This document shows, piece by piece, positions 58,702-64,000 of a stretch of 64,000 nt of DNA (position 1 is the first letter of the stretch; the number at the start of each line of letters is the position of its first letter). Origin of the DNA: a virus; IMG/VR virus record IMGVR_UViG_3300032300_000577, positions 1,420 through 65,419 of that record, one strand, 5' to 3'. The notes below the pieces were generated by a model. The model was not told the DNA's origin and did not search any database. It saw nothing but the letters and a program-made list of their open reading frames with translations. The translations under genes and the position numbers were made by a program.

Positions 58702-60528
58702 ATGTGTGGAATAGTAGCATATAAGGGCAGGCAGAAATGCTTGCCCTTTTTACTTGAGGCACTGAAAAGATTAGAGTATAGAGGCTACGATAGTGCCGGG
58801 GTGAGTTATATTGTCAACCACTCTTTAATTACTAATAAGCAGCCTGGATGTGTTCAGGACCTTAAAAATACTATTTCTAATATGGAAATAGAAACTTATA
58901 TGGGAATTGGCCATACTAGATGGGCAACCCATGGAAAACCTTGTGCAAGAAATGCTCATCCTCATGTTACTAGTGATAATAGACTAGCTATGGTTCATAA
59001 TGGTATTATTGAGAATTATCTGACATTGAAAGAAGAAATGTTAGAGAAGGGTTATAAGTTCTCGTCTGATACTGATAGTGAGGTCTTCTTATATTTAATA
59101 TATGACTATTTGATCAAAGAGACCAATAGTTTATTTGATGCCATTAAACTAGCAAATGAGAGGGTTGTGGGGGCCTTTGCTGTGGTGGTGATAGATAGTT
59201 TACATCCTGATATTTTGGTTTGTGCTAGGCGTGGAAGTCCTTTGGTTATTGGAGTAAAAGATAAAGAATATTTTGTGTCTTCTGATCCTATGGCTTTATC
59301 TGGATATGCTGATGAAATGATAGTATTAGAAGACAATAGTGTGTGTAAAATAAGTCAAAATATTGATTGTTATAATATGAATGATCATAAGTTGTCTTAT
59401 TGTAATATTCAAAAGCTTCATTATCAAATATTTAATATCGAAAAGGGCGAATATGAACACTTTATGTTAAAAGAGATTCATGAACAGCCCAAATGTGTCG
59501 AAGATTGTTTGGGTGGGCGTATCGATGGATATCGAATAAAACTTGGGGGATTATTAGGATATGAAGAGATTTTGTCAAAAGCAGAACATATTACAATCAT
59601 AGCTTGTGGAACTAGTTGGCACGCTGGACTTTTAGCAAAGTACTATTTGGAAGAATTTTGCAAGATAAAGGTGGGTGTGGAGTATGCTAGTGAATTTAGA
59701 TATCGTAAACCATATATTAAACCTGGAGATATAGTTATAGGAATATCTCAGTCGGGAGAAACTGCAGATACATTGTCTGCTTTAGAACTAGCTAAACAGA
59801 ATGGGGCGATTATTGTGGGTATCTGCAACGTGGTAAATTCATCTATGACCAGACTAACAGACTGTGGGATTTTTACACGAGCGGGTATGGAGATTGGTGT
59901 TGCTAGCACTAAAGCTTTTACAACACAGGTTTTGTGCTTATTACTATTATCTCTATGGATAGAACAAAATCAAAAGAATAGTAATCTTGATATTGATTAT
60001 AGAAAAGCTATTATTGACGGTTTAAGATCTTTAGATGAAGTAATAAGAAAATGCTTAAAGAATAGTGAAAAGGTAAAATCACTAGCGGTAAGATTTAAAA
60101 AATGCAAAAACTGTTTGTATCTTGGTCGTCAGTATAATTTTCCTGTGGCTTTAGAGGGTGCTCTTAAGTTAAAAGAAATTAGTTATGTTCATGCTGAAGG
60201 ATATCCTGCAGCTGAAATGAAACATGGTCCTATTGCACTAATTGATAAAAACATGCCAGTAATTGTTGTGGCAAATAATAAAAATCAACACGATAAAATA
60301 TCTAGTAATATTAAAGAAATACAGGCAAGAGATGGAAAGGTAATTACTATAAGCAATGAACAAGATATTGTAGGAAATTATAATATTCATGTTCCTTTTG
60401 TTATTGATCCTTTGTGTCCGTTGGTGTCTATTATTCCATTGCAACTGTTTTCATACTATAGTGCAGTATTAAGGGGATGCAATGTTGATAAACCTAGGAA
60501 CTTAGCAAAAAGTGTGACTGTGGAGTAA
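58702..60528 (+). CDS. glmS: Glutamine--fructose-6-phosphate aminotransferase
   Basis: MCGI, LEYRGYDSAG, GHTRWATHG, SQSGETADT, VASTKAF, EMKHGP, PRNLAKSVTVE. Confidence 0.97.
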   Translation: MCGIVAYKGRQKCLPFLLEALKRLEYRGYDSAGVSYIVNHSLITNKQPGCVQDLKNTISNMEIETYMGIGHTRWATHGKPCARNAHPHVTSDNRLAMVHNGIIENYLTLKEEMLEKGYKFSSDTDSEVFLYLIYDYLIKETNSLFDAIKLANERVVGAFAVVVIDSLHPDILVCARRGSPLVIGVKDKEYFVSSDPMALSGYADEMIVLEDNSVCKISQNIDCYNMNDHKLSYCNIQKLHYQIFNIEKGEYEHFMLKEIHEQPKCVEDCLGGRIDGYRIKLGGLLGYEEILSKAEHITIIACGTSWHAGLLAKYYLEEFCKIKVGVEYASEFRYRKPYIKPGDIVIGISQSGETADTLSALELAKQNGAIIVGICNVVNSSMTRLTDCGIFTRAGMEIGVASTKAFTTQVLCLLLLSLWIEQNQKNSNLDIDYRKAIIDGLRSLDEVIRKCLKNSEKVKSLAVRFKKCKNCLYLGRQYNFPVALEGALKLKEISYVHAEGYPAAEMKHGPIALIDKNMPVIVVANNKNQHDKISSNIKEIQARDGKVITISNEQDIVGNYNIHVPFVIDPLCPLVSIIPLQLFSYYSAVLRGCNVDKPRNLAKSVTVE

Positions 60529-60538
60529 TAAAAGCTCT

Positions 60539-61720
60539 ATGACTTTATATGAGACGCTGATAGAATCTTATTTAAAAAATTCTGTTAATGATTTGATGTA
60601 TCAAAATCCAGATACTATTAAAAGAGTTTGTCTGGAAATGAAAAGCAATATAGAAAATTATGCTAAAGAGAATTGTAAAGTTTATGAATCTTTAGATCCT
60701 TCTTTTGTCTATACTAGACAACAACTATCTGATAAAGAGTCTTGGGTTTCTAAAAGCTTACCTCCTAAAAGGATAATAAATCAAAGTACTAGTGGGAGTA
60801 CGAATGGAGAACCATTCGGTTATTATAACGATAAAAAGTATTTTGATTTTATTCAACGAAACTCTGAGTTTGATTTGATATTAAAAGAATATGACTTGTA
60901 TAACAAGCCATTAAAAATATTAAATCTATTTAATCATTCAAATAATCCTAAGGTCAATAATTTTTTCTTAGAAAGTCATAATTATAGCCAGCGCAAGTTT
61001 CATAATTATGGAGCATCCGATGCTACTACTTATTTTATTAATTTTGATAGTTACATAAGCCATTCTGATTCTTGGCATAGTCAATTACTAGAGTTTTTAT
61101 CAGAATATGAATTTGATATAGTATTAAGTTCTGGACCAGTAGTAAATAGAATAGCAGAATATATAAAAAAACATGATTTTAAAAAACATTTTTGCTATTT
61201 GTTATCTCATACGTCGGAGTTTCCTATATTAAGAGACTTTGAGTTCTTAAAGAGCAATGGAAATATATCTTATAACTGTGATCATATGAGATGCTGGGAT
61301 GGAGGAGCATCTTTCTTCACTTGTAAAAATGGAACATATCATTTGAATGATAATTTTGCTTGGGTCATTGAGGGGCCGGACAATAAAATGATTAGTACTG
61401 ACTATTTTAATCTGGCTTCTCCTTTTATTAACTACTGGAATGGAGATCTTTGTGAAATAGATAGTGAATATCGTAAATGTAGTTGTGGAAGATATTATCG
61501 ACCATTTAAAATGCTACAAAATAGACCCTTTGCCCTAAAAGGTACAACAAAATTGACCACTATAAAAGAAAAAATTTCACAACTGTCTTTTAAAAAAGAC
61601 TTAATGCAGGTTCAGTTTGAAAATTTGAGAGTGTCGATAGTATCATCTCGAAAACTAGAAGATAATGAAAAGGATCAATTACAAAACATCTTGAAAGAAT
61701 ACGAAATATTTTGGAAATAA
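60539..61720 (+). CDS. Phenylacetate-CoA ligase/CapK-like adenylate-forming enzyme
   Basis: STSGSTNGEP, TSE, TDYFNLASPFINYWNGD, CSCGR. Confidence 0.75.
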   Translation: MTLYETLIESYLKNSVNDLMYQNPDTIKRVCLEMKSNIENYAKENCKVYESLDPSFVYTRQQLSDKESWVSKSLPPKRIINQSTSGSTNGEPFGYYNDKKYFDFIQRNSEFDLILKEYDLYNKPLKILNLFNHSNNPKVNNFFLESHNYSQRKFHNYGASDATTYFINFDSYISHSDSWHSQLLEFLSEYEFDIVLSSGPVVNRIAEYIKKHDFKKHFCYLLSHTSEFPILRDFEFLKSNGNISYNCDHMRCWDGGASFFTCKNGTYHLNDNFAWVIEGPDNKMISTDYFNLASPFINYWNGDLCEIDSEYRKCSCGRYYRPFKMLQNRPFALKGTTKLTTIKEKISQLSFKKDLMQVQFENLRVSIVSSRKLEDNEKDQLQNILKEYEIFWK

Positions 61721-61731
61721 CCCATGTGGGG

Positions 61732-61738
61732 GGTGTAT
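61732..61738 (+). promoter_or_regulatory. Putative late promoter (GGTGTAT) for miniprotein A
   Basis: Same motif on the plus strand, following gene orientation. Confidence 0.55.
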
Positions 61739-61787
61739 AGCTTATCGTCTCTACTAGTTGTTATAAGGCTTTAAGGGAATTTTGTTT

Positions 61788-62012
61788 ATGATATATAATA
61801 ATGATGGGCCAATTTATAGTGTTTTATCAGGCGGAAAATGTGGGGAATCTTGCACCTTTGTTTGCGACTGGATCGATGATTCGGGGGGCATGTGGATTCA
61901 ACAGAGTACGTGTGGCATTCCAAATTGTAGTTGTACATATCCTCCTATTAATTGTACGTATGGTGGTCAAACAACAACAGTTGAATGTACGTATTACGAA
62001 CCTGCACCTTGA
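61788..62012 (+). CDS. Cys-rich miniprotein A (74 aa, 8 Cys)
   Basis: Paralogous to 62866..63276; GGTGTAT motif 50 nt upstream. Confidence 0.7.
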   Translation: MIYNNDGPIYSVLSGGKCGESCTFVCDWIDDSGGMWIQQSTCGIPNCSCTYPPINCTYGGQTTTVECTYYEPAP

Positions 62013-62068
62013 TATAATCTTGCCAAATACCTCAATGGTCTCTATTATAAGTTAAAGGAGACCAAAAT

Positions 62069-62473
62069 ATGATTAATGTTAATAATGTGGCTGATGTTCT
62101 TCCCGTCCTGGTAAAAGACGATGAAATTTTCAACAGATTGAAGAATGACTTTTCATCCATACTAGCGGATCTTGTTACTTTTAAGGATAATCCTAATTGT
62201 TCTTGTAGAGGAAGAGTTTTTAAATTCTTTACTGAACATCTAGAAAAGAATCCTGGATCTTTAGATCAATACGTTAAGGATCCTGTTGAAATAAATGTTA
62301 AGTTGCAATCACTAAGTGAAGAGCGAGCTAATAATAATTATGCAGGAAGGGTGTTCATTATCGACAGGGGAGAAGAAGCGTGGGCAACTTTTGCTGGAAC
62401 TTTACCGGGCAAGATGTTCAGGATGTTTAGTGTGGCTGAGAGGGAAGATAAAGTTGTAGTATATTTTCTATGA
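62069..62473 (+). CDS. Hypothetical protein with NPNCSC motif
   Basis: AGGAG RBS; 134 aa. Confidence 0.7.
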   Translation: MINVNNVADVLPVLVKDDEIFNRLKNDFSSILADLVTFKDNPNCSCRGRVFKFFTEHLEKNPGSLDQYVKDPVEINVKLQSLSEERANNNYAGRVFIIDRGEEAWATFAGTLPGKMFRMFSVAEREDKVVVYFL

Positions 62474-62760
62474 GCAATTTTATTATTTATTTATTTTGCT
62501 GTTTAGCAATTAGTTATGCTTGGAGTGATACTGAAGCTAGTAAACCTTTAAGGAATTTGGTGGCTCGTGTTCCTTATGTGCGAAAGCCTTTGTTGTGTCA
62601 TGAGTGTGTTAGCTTTTGGATTAGTCTAGCTCTATCATGTTTTTTGAATCCTCTTGCGAGCTATACATCTCCAATAGTTAGTAATCTGTTGAGTGCCTTT
62701 TGTGGATTTTTTATTAACATGATTTTTGTGCGAAAGCATCTGGTCCCTTATAAAGATTAA
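62470..62760 (+). CDS. Small membrane protein with CxxC (DUF1360-like)
   Basis: About three hydrophobic segments; LLCHECVSFW; ATGA coupling to the upstream gene. Confidence 0.6.
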   Translation: MSNFIIYLFCCLAISYAWSDTEASKPLRNLVARVPYVRKPLLCHECVSFWISLALSCFLNPLASYTSPIVSNLLSAFCGFFINMIFVRKHLVPYKD

Positions 62761-62865
62761 ATAAAGTCTCCCCTGTTTAGGGGGTGTCTTAAAATAGTTC
62801 TCTTCTTTATGAGAAGTGTATTAATTTATGGAGACAAGAATAATTTATTTCTAGGATTTTAAAAA

Positions 62866-63276
62866 ATGACATATAGTAATAATGGACCAGTTTATAGTAA
62901 TATATTATCCAAAGAGGAATGTACTGGACAAGTTGAGTACGTGTGGACTTATGATGACGGAGGTAGTTATTGGAGCTATAATTCTGGTTCGTGTTCCGCA
63001 GTTCCTTTCTGCATGTCTCCACCTCCTTCATATAGTGGCACTGAAGATGGAGAAACTTCTATTAGGACGTGTAGACTATCAGGCGCTTGTGATAATTGCC
63101 CACCAGGTCATATTAATTGGGGCCCTTGGGCGATAACCAATGATGGTCCAGATGGTGACATTTGCAGTAGGTATGGTCAAACAACCAATTGTGATACTTA
63201 TGGAGACTGTCGGGGTGTGGGATCATTTATAAGGGGTACTGCTGACTGTGGCGCTGGTTCGCCATGCGGATGTTGA
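62866..63276 (+). CDS. Cys-rich miniprotein B (136 aa, 12 Cys)
   Basis: Paralogous to 61788..62012; AGTGTAT motif upstream. Confidence 0.7.
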   Translation: MTYSNNGPVYSNILSKEECTGQVEYVWTYDDGGSYWSYNSGSCSAVPFCMSPPPSYSGTEDGETSIRTCRLSGACDNCPPGHINWGPWAITNDGPDGDICSRYGQTTNCDTYGDCRGVGSFIRGTADCGAGSPCGC

Positions 63277-63292
63277 TAAAATTAACTAAAGC

Positions 63293-63321
63293 TTGACGAT
63301 TGTATGTGTCGATGATAGAAT
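63293..63321 (+). promoter_or_regulatory. Sigma-70-type promoter
   Basis: TTGACG-17 nt-TAGAAT with extended TG. Confidence 0.6.
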
Positions 63322-63362
63322 GTGGAAACTGGCCAATTACTTTTAACATCAAGGAAAAATTT

Positions 63363-63650
63363 ATGAAAATGCTATATGCTGGGATGATTTTTTTGTTTCT
63401 ATCAATGTCAAATGCTAATGCTAATGAGTGGGTTCCGTATAATCCTCAAAGGATTCAGCCTGTTGTTCAACTTCCGATGATTCAACAGTATCCTGTTGTT
63501 GCTGTTCCTGTGGTTGTGCCTCTTATGGTTCCTTATGTTCCTGTTGTGACATATAGTTCCATTTTGGTGGAACAGAATCAGTGGTGTTTGTTTAAAAGAT
63601 ACGAATGGGTTCAGGTGCCAAGAGTGCATTATGTTCCTATGAGTAGATAA
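63363..63650 (+). CDS. Secreted Val/Pro-rich small protein
   Basis: Signal peptide-like MKMLYAGMIFLFLSMSNANA; AAGGA RBS supports start 63363. Confidence 0.6.
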   Translation: MKMLYAGMIFLFLSMSNANANEWVPYNPQRIQPVVQLPMIQQYPVVAVPVVVPLMVPYVPVVTYSSILVEQNQWCLFKRYEWVQVPRVHYVPMSR

Positions 63651-63755
63651 ATTAAACTGGCCAATTATATAGGGTGGTGCCTACTTCTTTTGGACCACCG
63701 CGGGTTTTCTGTAAAAAATCGACGTTACCTTAGTAAAACAGAAAAACCCCCTTAC

Positions 63756-63834
63756 CTAAATCCATACTGGATAAGGACTTACGTTAATATCGACGGCAAA
63801 ATTTGACGTAAGTGCTTGTCTGGTAAGGGTTTAC
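63756..63834. repeat. Two 27-bp imperfect palindromes (10-7-10), 52 bp apart
   Basis: CTAAATCCAT-N7-AAGGACTTAC and GTAAGTGCTT-N7-AAGGGTTTAC. Confidence 0.55.
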
Positions 63835-63897
63835 AATAAAGATAAAAAAATATCTGTTTGGCATGAAATTATATTTCAAAAATTCCAAAGATTTCTC

Positions 63898-63925
63898 TTG
63901 AAAGCGTCGATAAATACTGTATAAT
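63898..63925 (+). promoter_or_regulatory. Sigma-70-type (early) promoter
   Basis: TTGAAA-16 nt-TATAAT upstream of ATG at 63966. Confidence 0.6.
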
Positions 63926-63965
63926 GAAAGCACAAGAGAACAAGAGACAACAAGAGGACAAGAAA

Positions 63966-64000
63966 ATGGAAAACCTGATCGTTCTGAACACTGTGGCTGA
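63966..64000 (+). CDS. Start of a gene truncated by the window end
   Basis: GAGG upstream; MENLIVLNTVA... Confidence 0.45.
   Translation, partial: MENLIVLNTVA

Noticed and set aside
1-64000. Stop-codon reassignment, tRNA/rRNA genes, or a prophage/host boundary
   Set aside because: Long genes are intact under code 11 and TAA, TAG and TGA all end genes; no cloverleaf or rRNA recognised by eye (tRNAscan not run); glmS and gmd are flanked by phage-type genes and motifs; no integrase seen.

Overview
AT-rich segment of a large tailed phage (Caudoviricetes). No host core genes, rRNA, tRNA, integrase or CRISPR are recognisable. From about 58.3 kb down to position 1 the minus strand carries a virion morphogenesis module. 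In order: phage sigma-70-type factor, putative small terminase, gmd, HNH, ERCC4 nuclease, large terminase, portal, protease/scaffold, decoration protein, major capsid, a fibre/appendage cluster (Mtd_N-like, FN3, LamG, P-domain) interleaved with a sulfotransferase-like enzyme, a 2OG-Fe(II) oxygenase and an RgpF-like enzyme, neck proteins, tail tube, chaperones, a 4085-aa tape measure protein (TMP), and a run of Cys-rich, Thr/Pro-linker proteins. A divergent plus-strand block holds glmS, a PaaK/CapK-like adenylating enzyme, two paralogous Cys-rich miniproteins and CxC/CxxC proteins. Main observations: (1) the TMP looks like a polyprotein in which repeated GGx(I/V)Q(R/K)xxxG motifs separate globular cargo, including a P-loop kinase plus HIGH-family nucleotidyltransferase; (2) mucin-like Thr/Pro virion proteins co-occur with a sugar/hydroxylase/sulfotransferase toolkit, suggesting a phage glycocalyx; (3) an expanded Cys-bracketed beta-domain family; (4) a GGTGTAT late-promoter motif that also points to a nested scaffold gene; (5) the Cys-rich miniprotein cluster. 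All calls come from motif recognition by eye and gene order; no searches were run.
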